DNA of 64,000 nucleotides, taken from Candidatus Scatocola faecigallinarum. GTDB lineage: Bacteria; Pseudomonadota; Alphaproteobacteria; RF32; CAG-239. The notes below the pieces were generated by a model. It was not told the origin of the DNA and ran no database searches. It saw nothing but the letters and a program-made list of their open reading frames with translations. Every line of letters begins with the position of its first letter. Within the stretch, counting starts at the first letter, position 1. Below, in pieces: positions 26,372-35,161 of this stretch. The position numbers were made by a program, and so were the translations under genes. The stretch spans positions 6,557 to 70,556 of the forward strand of contig DVOM01000018.1 in assembly GCA_018713605.1 (NCBI GenBank), written 5' to 3'.

Positions 26372-27358
26372 ATGAATGAAGCTTCCGACAATATTTTTCT
26401 GAGCGCTCCGGTAGAACCCGAAGACAAGGGTATGAGGCTGGACAAGTTTTTGGCGCGGGCTTTTTCCGAGATTTCGCGTTCGCAGCTGCAGCGGCTGATT
26501 GCGGCCGGCTGCGTTACCTGTGACGACGATACGGTGGCCGACAATTCGTTTAAGGTTCGGACGGGCGACGTTTATCAGCTTTATGTTCCCGAGGCGGCTG
26601 ACGCTGAGCCGGAAGCGGAGGATATTCCGCTGAAAATCGTTTATGAAGACGCCGATTTGCTGGTGGTTAACAAGCCTGCGGGTATGACCGTGCATCCGGC
26701 GCCCGGTGCGCGCAGCGGTACGCTTGTCAATGCGCTGCTCTGGCATTGCCGGGACAACCTGTCGGGCATCGGCGGCTTCAAGAGACCGGGAATCGTTCAT
26801 CGAATCGACAAAGACACGAGCGGTTTGCTGGTGGTTGCCAAAAATGATTTGGCGCATCAGGGACTTTGTGCACAGTTTTTTGAGCACAGTATCGAGCGTA
26901 CTTATTACGCGGTGGTTTACGGTCTGCCAAATCCGCTCAACGGCCGGATTGAAGCCAATATAGGCCGAAGCCGCTTTGACCGCAAGAAGATGGCTGTCCT
27001 GGAAACGGGCGGCAAGGCGGCGGCAACCAACTACAAAACGCTGGAGAACTTCAACAGTGCGGCGGCTTTGGTTCAGTGCAACCTGGAGACGGGGCGGACG
27101 CATCAAATTCGCGTGCATATGGCGTCAATCGGTTGCAATCTGGTCGGCGATCAGCTTTATGTTAAGAGCAAAAAAACTTCGCTCAAGGGGCTTGACGGGG
27201 AAACGAAAGCCTTTGTCAACGCCTTTCCGCGTCAGGCGCTGCATGCGGCGTCACTGGGGTTCGTTCATCCCCGCAGCGGCGAAAAACTGCAGTTTTCCTG
27301 CGGGTTTCCGGACGATTATCTGCTTTTGCTCGACAAGTTGCGCGGCAGTCGGATATAG
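26372..27358 (+). CDS. rluD: 23S rRNA pseudouridine synthase, RluD (RluA family) with S4 domain
   Basis: S4-like MRLDKFLARAFSEISRSQLQRLI. Catalytic motif GIVHRIDKDTSGLLVVAKN. Also HQIRVHMASIG. Confidence 0.9.
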   Translation: MNEASDNIFLSAPVEPEDKGMRLDKFLARAFSEISRSQLQRLIAAGCVTCDDDTVADNSFKVRTGDVYQLYVPEAADAEPEAEDIPLKIVYEDADLLVVNKPAGMTVHPAPGARSGTLVNALLWHCRDNLSGIGGFKRPGIVHRIDKDTSGLLVVAKNDLAHQGLCAQFFEHSIERTYYAVVYGLPNPLNGRIEANIGRSRFDRKKMAVLETGGKAAATNYKTLENFNSAAALVQCNLETGRTHQIRVHMASIGCNLVGDQLYVKSKKTSLKGLDGETKAFVNAFPRQALHAASLGFVHPRSGEKLQFSCGFPDDYLLLLDKLRGSRI

Positions 27359-27433
27359 AACTAAAGGATAGGTTGCTTTTAAAGGGCGTTTTCTCTAAAT
27401 TGGAACGGTCAACATTTCAAGAGGAGAATCCTT

Positions 27434-28303
27434 ATGGATAATACTTTCGCTCTTAATGGACTTGACTTCTCGCCAGAAATTAACATGGCACGCTACTTAC
27501 AGAGTATCCGCAAATTTCCGATTTTGGAACAGGACGAGGAATTCGAACTGGCAACCAGATACAAGGAAACCAAGGATGAAAAAATCGCTTACAAACTGGT
27601 TACTTCACACCTTCGTCTGGTGGTTAAGGTCGTATCCAAATACCGCGGATACGGATTGCCGCTCGGCGAAATGATTTCGGAGGGCAATATCGGTCTGCTT
27701 TATGCGGTCGACAAATTTGAGCCGTCCAAGGGGTTTCGTTTTTCCACCTATGCTCTGTGGTGGATTAAGGCCTCGATACAGAAATATATTCTCAATTCGT
27801 GGTCGCTGGTCAAAATCGGTACAACGGCCGCGCAGAAAAAACTCTTTTTCAATCTGCGCAAAATCAAGAACAAGCTTAATTTGATGGATGACCGCGAACT
27901 TTCGCACGAAATATTGGGTAATATCGCCTCTTCTTTGGACGTTACGGTTCAGGACGTTACCGATATGAACATGCGCCTGAAGTCGCATGACGGTTCGCTG
28001 AATGCGGTTTTGGACACTTCGTCCGAGAGCGGTACCGAGTGGATTGATTTTATTTCCGACTCAAAGCCCAATCAGGAAGAGGTTCTTGCGTACAGTGAGA
28101 CAATGCAATACCGCCGCCGTCTGTTCAACGAGGCGCTCGGTTGTCTGAACAAGCGTGAAAAAGACATTTTGTTCAAAAGGCGTTTGGCCGACAAGGCGGT
28201 AACTCTTGACGACCTCAGCAAGGCCTATTGCATTTCCAAGGAACGTGTCCGGCAGATTGAGCTGAACTCGATTAAGAAGATAAGGAAGGCAATAGCTCAA
28301 TAA
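27434..28303 (+). CDS. rpoH: Heat-shock sigma factor RpoH (sigma-32)
   Basis: Region 2 GNIGLLYAVDKFEPSKGFRFSTYALWWIKASI. RpoH box TTAAQKKLFFNLRKIKNKL. Region 4 ISKERVRQIELNSIKKIR. Confidence 0.92.
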   Translation: MDNTFALNGLDFSPEINMARYLQSIRKFPILEQDEEFELATRYKETKDEKIAYKLVTSHLRLVVKVVSKYRGYGLPLGEMISEGNIGLLYAVDKFEPSKGFRFSTYALWWIKASIQKYILNSWSLVKIGTTAAQKKLFFNLRKIKNKLNLMDDRELSHEILGNIASSLDVTVQDVTDMNMRLKSHDGSLNAVLDTSSESGTEWIDFISDSKPNQEEVLAYSETMQYRRRLFNEALGCLNKREKDILFKRRLADKAVTLDDLSKAYCISKERVRQIELNSIKKIRKAIAQ

Positions 28304-28331
28304 AACTTTGTATAATGGTCATCTAGTACAG
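28298..28331 (+). repeat. Dispersed short repeat, copy 1 (spans the rpoH stop codon)
   Basis: CAATAAAACTTTGTATAATGGTCATCTAGTACAG aligns with CAATAAACCTTGTATAACGGGAAACTAATACAG at the spoT stop (62786). Confidence 0.7.
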
Positions 28332-28337
28332 AAACGT

Positions 28338-28499
28338 CGGGGAAAAATTTTTAGTTACGCACTACACTTGGCTCAGGAACCTAAGCTCGCTGTGATCGCG
28401 GTTGCCTCCTGGCTCGCATAAGGTTTTCTGAGATGTTGCAGATAAAAAAGCGACGTTGGTTGTTTTTTTACTTAACCGTTGCTCAAAAAATTTTCCCCT
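28338..28499. repeat. Roughly 160-nt ORF-free segment closed by a 13-bp inverted repeat
   Basis: GGGGAAAAATTTTT (28339-28352) pairs with AAAAAATTTTCCCC (28485-28498). There is an internal helix CTCAGGAACCTA / TAAGGTTTTCTGAG (28372-28383 with 28419-28432). Confidence 0.6.
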
Positions 28500-28537
28500 T
28501 ATTTCTTACTATTTGCCTCACTCTCCGAGGTCTTGGT

Positions 28538-28645
28538 AAAACCTTGTATAGAGGGGAACTATCCGGGATTAGCTGGAAAAATGAATGTTTGCGTACTTCT
28601 TTGTATGCTTAAAGATCTATTCCTAAATCCTTACTGTTTCCTTTT
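28538..28645 (+). repeat. Dispersed short repeat, copy 2 (longer form)
   Basis: AAACCTTGTATAGAGGGGAACTATCCGGGATTAGCTGGAAAAATGAAT...CCTAAATCCTTACTGTTTCC aligns with 62789-62853, AAACCTTGTATAACGGGAAACTAATACAGGATTAGCGGGTAAAATAAATCCTTATTATTTTC, if a roughly 45-nt insertion is allowed. Confidence 0.7.
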
Positions 28646-29143
28646 TTAGTCTTTTTGGCGGTCAATGAGTTCGGTGCCCCAGTCTTCGGCCAGATGCGTC
28701 AGTTTGGCGTCGATATTCTTGAGCCTTTTCTGTGCCGAGGCTTTGGAAAGGAATATAAACAGATTGGGGATTTCATAATAAGCGACCAGTCCGAGTCCCG
28801 CCGAACCAAGCATGATAATCAGATTAAAAATGTCGCCGACGATGAAAAAGGCATTATGTATCGTAAAAGTGTTGATAATGCTCATCAGATAAATAAAGAC
28901 GCCGGCAAGGTTAAAACTGCCGACAATTACCAGTTTGTCGGTGTTTTTGGGGTCGGTAATCAAAATCGTAAAAGTCGGGAGCAGGCCGATAAGCAGAACC
29001 ATGACCGCCGGCAGGGTGCTGATGACGATGAACATCAGGCCGATGAACAGAATCATCTTTTGGACGACCGAAAGTTTGCGGTATGATTTTTTGAGGTTGG
29101 CCAAAGGTTTTTTGGTATTTTCTTTTTTCATTTGATTACCCAC
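28646..29143 (-). CDS. Hypothetical 4-TM membrane protein, translationally coupled to the kinase-like gene
   Basis: 165-aa ORF with four hydrophobic helices and a basic N-terminus. Overlaps the upstream ORF by 16 nt. Confidence 0.7.
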   Translation of the reverse strand: MGNQMKKENTKKPLANLKKSYRKLSVVQKMILFIGLMFIVISTLPAVMVLLIGLLPTFTILITDPKNTDKLVIVGSFNLAGVFIYLMSIINTFTIHNAFFIVGDIFNLIIMLGSAGLGLVAYYEIPNLFIFLSKASAQKRLKNIDAKLTHLAEDWGTELIDRQKD

Positions 29144-31170
29144 AGAATGAGGTTGAAGACGAAAGAAGCCAACATGACCATGATGGCCAGAATGGACGTG
29201 AACCGGATGGCCAGACTGCGGGCTTCTTCATCCATTTTATAACTGTTGTTAACCAGCTTGTTTTTTTCGGCCAGCAGAAAGTTGATGTCGCTGACGGCTT
29301 TTGTGTAGTTGGCCTTGTCCTTGTTGCGAGCCTCTTCGTTTTCGAGAATGTCGCAAAGTTCGTGCAGTTTGCCGTTTTTGTTGATTTTGAGAAGTTCGCG
29401 TTCCAAAAACTTCTGGTATTTCAGGTTATGGTAGCTTTTGATGATTGCAACCGAAGAACTGGCCAGCCATTGAGAAAGGTGGGGCAGCTGTGCCGGACCG
29501 AATTTGTTTTGCATGCTGGTATACAGGCGCAGAATGGCGCTGGCCTGCAGATAATCCTTACCTGAACCGAGGTCGGTAAGAATACCGTCGATTTTTTTGC
29601 CCATTTTGCAACGCAGGTAGGCAATGATGTTGCGGTCGTAAGGCATGCTCTTGACAATCTGCCGGGCGTAGGTGTTGTCCAGCGCGCGCAGTATCCGGGT
29701 CGGCGAATTGACGAATTCGTCGCCGAGCAGCGGACTGACACAGGGAATGTCATCGTCGAAGTCATACATGATGCGATCAAGGCCGTAACCGATGTCCTGA
29801 CGGTTGATGTATATGCGGAATTCGGCGGCATTGGCCGGCGAACGCATGTGTTCCTGTTCCAGATACCAGAGCTTTATCAGTTCGGAAGAAAACAGTTCAT
29901 GAAAAACCTTGGTGTCGGAGCCTTTGCGCAAGGCATAGAAAATGGCTTTCGGGGCGCCGTCGGGAAAAAGGCACAGGTCGCGGAGACGGAGAGGCAGCTC
30001 CGGCGCCAGCATGATGCTGATTTTAGCAATGATGACGTCAGTGCTGGTCGAGCCTTCCGGCGAAGCCGTGAGCATTTTTTCGATTTTGCCGGCCAGTTTT
30101 TCATTTTCAAGGCCGTTTTTAATCCAGTCGAGCAGTTTTCCCGAGCGTACGAGTTCGTATGCTTCCTGCGGCGCCGCACTGATGGCGATGGCAAAATCGC
30201 GTGCCGCGTAGAATTTTTCGCCGTTGAAGGAGATGGTGCGCTTGGGGCGGTCGGTTGTGCCGCTGCTGGTGTAATTGTTTGATTTGCCGTCCAGCAGATT
30301 ATAGGCCTGGACGTAATTGAGGCGCGCATCGACGTTATCGTTGAGCAGGCTGCGGAGAACGGGCGAAATCTGGTTGGGGATTTTGTCGTCGCCGAGCAGC
30401 GCCTGATAGCTGCCTTTTTTCTGCTTGATGCGCAGGAGTTCGGGCGTGCTGATGTCGCCGCCGAGTTCATGTCCGAGGTAAAGCGCGGTCATGACGGCGC
30501 CGATAGCATAAATGTCGTTTTTTTCGCTGCCGTTGCCGCGGCCTTCCGGTATGGACAGCATGTCTTCGATCGTTTCGTAAGCGGCCGGTTGGTAGAAGGC
30601 CGGAAAAGAAGCGGCACAGTCGCCGATGAGGATTTCGGTTTTTTCGGCGTTGGCATAATAAAGGTTGTCGGCGCGGATGGCGCGATGGGTAATGTTGTAG
30701 TTTTTGAGAGCTTCAACGGCGGAAAGCAGGCTGATGAGCGTGTTCTTGAACTTTTCGGAGCTGCGGATGTCCAGTTCGGTTTTGCCGCCCTCGAAAACTT
30801 TGCCGTAGGGGATTTTATAAATGAGAGCCAGATTGCGCGACTTTTCGGGCAGCCAGGTAACGATGCCGAATTCGACAAGTTTCATCAGGCTGCGGCATTC
30901 GATGGATTTGACATAAGGAAGAATGGTCGAGCGCGGGCAGGTGGCGTTGCTGCAAAGCAGGGCAAAAAGGCCGCGTTTGGTATCTATGCGGTCTATGACG
31001 CGAAAGGCTTTGGCGCCGTTGCTGTCAAGCCAGGGTAGCGGCTGGGCGTAGTCTATTTCGTATCTTTCCTTGACCAGAAATCTGTTGGCTCCGATTTCGC
31101 TGCTGCTTTCTGCAGGTTCCGCGGTGTTTTCGGGAGCCGTTTCCGGGGCTTCGTTTTCTTCTTCTGCCAT
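29128..31170 (-). CDS. Tail-anchored protein with a Hanks-type Ser/Thr kinase fold, predicted catalytically degenerate (pseudokinase candidate)
   Basis: Catalytic loop ITHRAIRADNL has HRD changed to HRA (codons at 30664-30693). DFG position reads IGDCAAS, APE position reads SIPEG, subdomain IX reads NDIYAIGAVMTALYLG. No clear GxGxxG loop. The C-terminal TM is ILAIMVMLASFVFNLILWVI. Confidence 0.7.
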   Translation of the reverse strand: MAEEENEAPETAPENTAEPAESSSEIGANRFLVKERYEIDYAQPLPWLDSNGAKAFRVIDRIDTKRGLFALLCSNATCPRSTILPYVKSIECRSLMKLVEFGIVTWLPEKSRNLALIYKIPYGKVFEGGKTELDIRSSEKFKNTLISLLSAVEALKNYNITHRAIRADNLYYANAEKTEILIGDCAASFPAFYQPAAYETIEDMLSIPEGRGNGSEKNDIYAIGAVMTALYLGHELGGDISTPELLRIKQKKGSYQALLGDDKIPNQISPVLRSLLNDNVDARLNYVQAYNLLDGKSNNYTSSGTTDRPKRTISFNGEKFYAARDFAIAISAAPQEAYELVRSGKLLDWIKNGLENEKLAGKIEKMLTASPEGSTSTDVIIAKISIMLAPELPLRLRDLCLFPDGAPKAIFYALRKGSDTKVFHELFSSELIKLWYLEQEHMRSPANAAEFRIYINRQDIGYGLDRIMYDFDDDIPCVSPLLGDEFVNSPTRILRALDNTYARQIVKSMPYDRNIIAYLRCKMGKKIDGILTDLGSGKDYLQASAILRLYTSMQNKFGPAQLPHLSQWLASSSVAIIKSYHNLKYQKFLERELLKINKNGKLHELCDILENEEARNKDKANYTKAVSDINFLLAEKNKLVNNSYKMDEEARSLAIRFTSILAIMVMLASFVFNLILWVIK

Positions 31171-31333
31171 GGTTCGTGTCCGTGTTTTGCTTAAACCAGT
31201 TTAGTTTATCCTAAACAATTAAGGTTAACAAAGAGCAAATATTTTGCGCGAACATCCGCAATAATTTAATTGTCTTTTGCAAATAAAAACCTTAAGATGA
31301 GGTTCATAGGTAGAATGTTTGTGGAATTTTGCA

Positions 31334-32446
31334 ATGGATAACGCCAATCACAGCCGGGTTTTTGACACCGAAACGATTAATTTTCTGGAAAGCGTCAGCG
31401 ACAAAGCGCACGGCAAAAGCGTCGATCTGGGGATTCTCAGTTCGGCCGGCAGTCTGAATATTGATCTTAACGCGCTGGAGAGTTTGGACGGCACGCCGAA
31501 GCTGAAGTCCATCAAGCAGAGCCGGAAAGCGGATCGGGACGACGAAGAGGAGATTGCTGTTCAGGATTTCATCGAAGAGGCGGACATTCATCTGAAAGAC
31601 ATTATCAACAAGGTTTTCCGTAATTCCGAACGTTCGTTTGTAATCGTCCGCGACGATAAAATCGAATATGCCAACAAGACGTTTTTGAAGGTTCTCGGCG
31701 TGGCCGGCGAAAGCGACGTGTTAAAGAAAAATTTTCTCAAATTCGTGGTTAAGGAAGATTGGAACCTGCTGGCCGAGAATATCGGCGAAATGCTGACCAA
31801 CGACAAAAACCTGATGGTACGTCTGCGTCTGGCGGACAACAAAGTGCAGCGGATGAACTTTGAAGCGGTGTATCTGCCGGACAATCAGCATTTTACGTTT
31901 ATTCTCATCGGCAGCAGGATTATGACCAAGGCCAATCTGGTTTCCGGGCTTTACGACGACCTGACCGGTCTGCCCAATTTTTATCTGCTGGAGGACCGCG
32001 TGCAGATGGCGGTCAACGCCGAAAACTACAAAGATATCCGCCAGAAGAAGAACATGATTGCGTTGGCCGGCATCAGCATAGACAATATGAAGGTTTTTAA
32101 GAACATGGGCATTGACGACCTGATTCTGCGCAAGCTTTCGGAACGGCTGGTCCTCAGCCTTAGAAAGACCTTTACGGTTGCCAGCGGATTAAAGTATCAG
32201 TTCTGGGTTCTGATTCCGAATGTTGACAATATGGAAAACCTTGATGTGGAAATCAAGCGCATTAAGGCGGCTTTTGACGAGCCGGTGGCCGACAATTTTA
32301 CCGAACACCATCTTGACGCCAGCATCGGCGTAAGCATTTTTCCCGAGCCGGCAACTTCGGCCAAAAAACTTATCGAGCAGGTTATTCTTTCCATCCAGAA
32401 GGCTCAGCGCGACGGGGGCAAACGCATCGTCGTTTTCGGAGCTTAA
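31334..32446 (+). CDS. PAS-domain protein with a degenerate GGDEF domain
   Basis: Start set to ATG 31334 (the ORF track begins at TTG 31319). GGDEF-domain entry YDDLTGLPNFYLLEDR. The GGDEF position reads SGLKYQF (32183-32203), so the active site is not conserved. Confidence 0.75.
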   Translation: MDNANHSRVFDTETINFLESVSDKAHGKSVDLGILSSAGSLNIDLNALESLDGTPKLKSIKQSRKADRDDEEEIAVQDFIEEADIHLKDIINKVFRNSERSFVIVRDDKIEYANKTFLKVLGVAGESDVLKKNFLKFVVKEDWNLLAENIGEMLTNDKNLMVRLRLADNKVQRMNFEAVYLPDNQHFTFILIGSRIMTKANLVSGLYDDLTGLPNFYLLEDRVQMAVNAENYKDIRQKKNMIALAGISIDNMKVFKNMGIDDLILRKLSERLVLSLRKTFTVASGLKYQFWVLIPNVDNMENLDVEIKRIKAAFDEPVADNFTEHHLDASIGVSIFPEPATSAKKLIEQVILSIQKAQRDGGKRIVVFGA

Positions 32447-33195
32447 GGTTTCAGCGCTTCTTCCAGCGAAAAGCCGAGGCGCAGTATTTTGTGCGCGGCT
32501 GGCGTGTAACTGCCGTCGGAATTATGCACGGTCAGGCCGGGGCAGATGACGGCGGGAGCCTTGGAATCTTTGCGAGCCGCGACAATAACCCGTTTGGCGT
32601 CCTGACCGGGTTTGGAAAACAGCGGAACAATGCGTACGGCTCCCATTCGGCCATGCAGGCAGGCCAGAATTTCGGTTATGGCTTCGGCGCGGTTAATCAT
32701 ATAAAAACACCCCTGCGGACGAAGCATTTTCAGACAAAAGCTTATCCAACCCGAAAGGCTGAAGTTTTTGCCGTTGTGGGCAAAGGCCTTGCCGGGGTTC
32801 GGCGAGGGCATGTCATGTTCGGAATATGGCGGATTGGTAATGACGTGTGAAAAAGCGCAGGGCGGCGGGCAGTTTTTTTTGTCGGCAATATCGGCGTTGA
32901 CGAAAGTCAGAAACCCGTCGAACCCGTTGGCGGCGGCGCTCATGTTTGACAACTCGGCCAGTTCAGCCTGCAGTTCAAGTCCCGTAATCCCGGGCCGCAG
33001 CGTTTTGAACCTTTCGGCCAGGCAGAGGGCGACGGCGCCGGTGCCGGAACCGACGTCGAGAACGGCGTCGCCGTCTTTTATCCGGGCAATCAGGGATGAC
33101 AGAATAACCGCGTCGGTCGAAGCGCGGTAACCGTTCAGCGGCTGAAAAATTCTGACCCTTTTGTCGAGCAGATAATCCTCGGAATATTCCTGCAT
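32443..33195 (-). CDS. SAM-dependent N6-adenine methyltransferase (TrmN6/YfiC-like, NPPY class)
   Basis: SAM motif VLDVGSGTGAVAL and catalytic HVITNPPY. Confidence 0.75.
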   Translation of the reverse strand: MQEYSEDYLLDKRVRIFQPLNGYRASTDAVILSSLIARIKDGDAVLDVGSGTGAVALCLAERFKTLRPGITGLELQAELAELSNMSAAANGFDGFLTFVNADIADKKNCPPPCAFSHVITNPPYSEHDMPSPNPGKAFAHNGKNFSLSGWISFCLKMLRPQGCFYMINRAEAITEILACLHGRMGAVRIVPLFSKPGQDAKRVIVAARKDSKAPAVICPGLTVHNSDGSYTPAAHKILRLGFSLEEALKP

Positions 33196-33254
33196 AAACC
33201 AAACTCTCCTGTTGCTTTGTCATAAACGCTGATATAACATAACGTATAAAATTT

Positions 33255-34088
33255 ATGAAAGGAAGAAAAAAGATGAAGACCTTGATTGCCATTCCGGCGC
33301 GTTACGGCTCGACCCGCTTTCCAGGAAAGCCGCTGGCAAAAATCGCCGGCAAGGAGATGCTGCTCCGGGTTTGGGAAAACGCGCAGAAGACGGCGGCAAA
33401 ATTTGAAGACTGCCATGCCGTGGTGGCGACCGACGACGAGCGGATTGCCGATTTCTGCAAGAGCAAAAACATCGCCTGCGTGATGACTTCGCCGGATTGT
33501 CCGACCGGAACCGACCGCGTGGTCGAGGCGGCTGAGAGTTTTGCCGACAGGCCGGAATTCGTCGTCAACCTGCAGGGTGACAATCCGATTTGTCCGCCAT
33601 GGTTTGTTGAGGCGGTCATTGCCGAATACTACAATAACAACGCGGTGGAAACGGTCACGCCGGTGGTTAACCTGAGCTGGGAACAGCTGGACAAGCTGCG
33701 CGAGAACAAGAAAGCCACGCCGTTCAGCGGTACGACGGCCGTATTTGACAAGAACGGCGACGCCTTTTATTTTTCCAAAAACATCATTCCGGCTGTCCGC
33801 AAGGAAGAAAAGGTTCGCGCGGCAATGCCGATGTCGCCGGTTTGCCGCCAGGTCGGACTGTATGGTTACCGGATGGACATTCTGCGCAAAATAGCCAAAC
33901 TTCCCGAGGGTGTTTACGAAAAGCTGGAAGGACTGGAACAGCTGCGCTGGATTGAAAACGGCATTAAGGTTCGCTGCGTGAAAGTCGATTATCGCAATTT
34001 TGAGAAAATGTCTTCGCTTTCCGGGGTTGATTCGCCGGAAGACGTTGCCAGAGTGGAAGCGGTTTTGGCTGAGACGGGAGAGTTTTAA
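33255..34088 (+). CDS. kdsB: 3-deoxy-manno-octulosonate cytidylyltransferase (CMP-KDO synthetase)
   Basis: MKTLIAIPARYGSTRFPGKPLAKIAGKEML (likely start ATG 33273, after AAAGGAAG); VVNLQGDNP. Confidence 0.9.
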   Translation: MKGRKKMKTLIAIPARYGSTRFPGKPLAKIAGKEMLLRVWENAQKTAAKFEDCHAVVATDDERIADFCKSKNIACVMTSPDCPTGTDRVVEAAESFADRPEFVVNLQGDNPICPPWFVEAVIAEYYNNNAVETVTPVVNLSWEQLDKLRENKKATPFSGTTAVFDKNGDAFYFSKNIIPAVRKEEKVRAAMPMSPVCRQVGLYGYRMDILRKIAKLPEGVYEKLEGLEQLRWIENGIKVRCVKVDYRNFEKMSSLSGVDSPEDVARVEAVLAETGEF

Positions 34089-34804
34089 TGACAACGAGAA
34101 TTATCATTGCCAGACACGGCAACACTTTTGCAAAAGACGAAACGCCGCGGCGCGTCGGCGGACGGACGGATTTGGATTTGGTCGAGGAAGAGCGCGGCCG
34201 GAACGTGGGGCGTTATCTGAAAGCCAAAGGCCTGATTCCGGCGTTGGTTTTTGCCGCTCCTCTGAAACGGACCGTCAATACTGCCAAACTGGCGATAGAG
34301 GAAATGGGCGGCGGCATGCCGCTGGAGATTGACGACTCTTTTCGCGAAGTTGATTATGGGCCGGACGAAAATAAAACCGATGACGAAGTCATGCTGCGTC
34401 TGGGGCAGGTTTATGCGGCCAAAGAAGGCAAAAATCCGGCGGAGATGAGCGAAGACGCGCTGACGGATGTCGGCCGGCATGTCATTGACCTATGGAATGA
34501 AAAGGCGATAGTGCCGGACGGCTGGAAAGTTTCGCCGGAAGACTGTATTCATGCCTGGATGAAGTTCGGCGAAAAGGTTTTCAAAAATTTTCACGGCGAG
34601 AACATTATGGTGGTATCCAGCAACGGCGTTATCCGTTTTGCGCCGTATCTGACTGGTGATTTTAACGGTTTTGCCGGAGAACATGATATAAAAGTGACCA
34701 CCGGCGGCGTCTGTGTGTTTGAACGCGAAGACGACGAAGAGAACTGGCATTGCACGGAATGGAACGTTAAGCCGAAGAAATATTTTGAAAGTCTGCCTGA
34801 TTAG
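34088..34804 (+). CDS. Histidine phosphatase superfamily protein (phosphoglycerate mutase-like)
   Basis: RHG motif IIARHGNT. The start overlaps the kdsB stop (TAATG). Confidence 0.75.
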   Translation: MTTRIIIARHGNTFAKDETPRRVGGRTDLDLVEEERGRNVGRYLKAKGLIPALVFAAPLKRTVNTAKLAIEEMGGGMPLEIDDSFREVDYGPDENKTDDEVMLRLGQVYAAKEGKNPAEMSEDALTDVGRHVIDLWNEKAIVPDGWKVSPEDCIHAWMKFGEKVFKNFHGENIMVVSSNGVIRFAPYLTGDFNGFAGEHDIKVTTGGVCVFEREDDEENWHCTEWNVKPKKYFESLPD

Positions 34805-35161
34805 ACAATATTGTAAAAAAAAGGTTGTTTTTTGTCTGAAAGTAAAGTATCATTAACCGTGATATAAGTTTTTTTGTCTATTGTTAATGATATAAAACCG
34901 GATTTTAAATTTACAAGGCATTGAAAAATTCGTTTCAGCGACGATTTTTCACTTAGCAGGTTTTGGTCAAAGAGTTATACGCGATAACCGCCCGGCTGTT
35001 TTTCAGTATGGAACCATGTGTTTCAGGGATCAGGATATAAAATCAAAAGCTGTTATTTAAAATGTGCAATGTTTTTTGAAAGAACGTTTTATTGTTTTAA
35101 TTTTATTTTTATGTACGGATATGAAGATCGCGAAAGTAAGAATTGGTCTGTTAAGAAAATT

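Noticed and set aside
28304-28645. SRP/4.5S or 6S RNA in the rpoH downstream spacer
   Set aside because: The closest string, GCCAGGAGGCAACCG on the minus strand, lacks the conserved GGAA/AGCA asymmetric-loop motifs. I see no terminator-bounded unit. It is kept only as an unclassified structured or repeat element.
35018-35161. N-terminal extensions offered by the ORF track (35018 for the SPFH gene, 49315, 57176, 54369, 18787, 44076, 48681, 31319)
   Set aside because: The extensions are hydrophobic or odd leader sequences that precede a better start (RBS or signal/TM helix), or that overlap terminators or upstream genes. Starts were trimmed as noted in each feature. The exact starts remain uncertain without experimental data.
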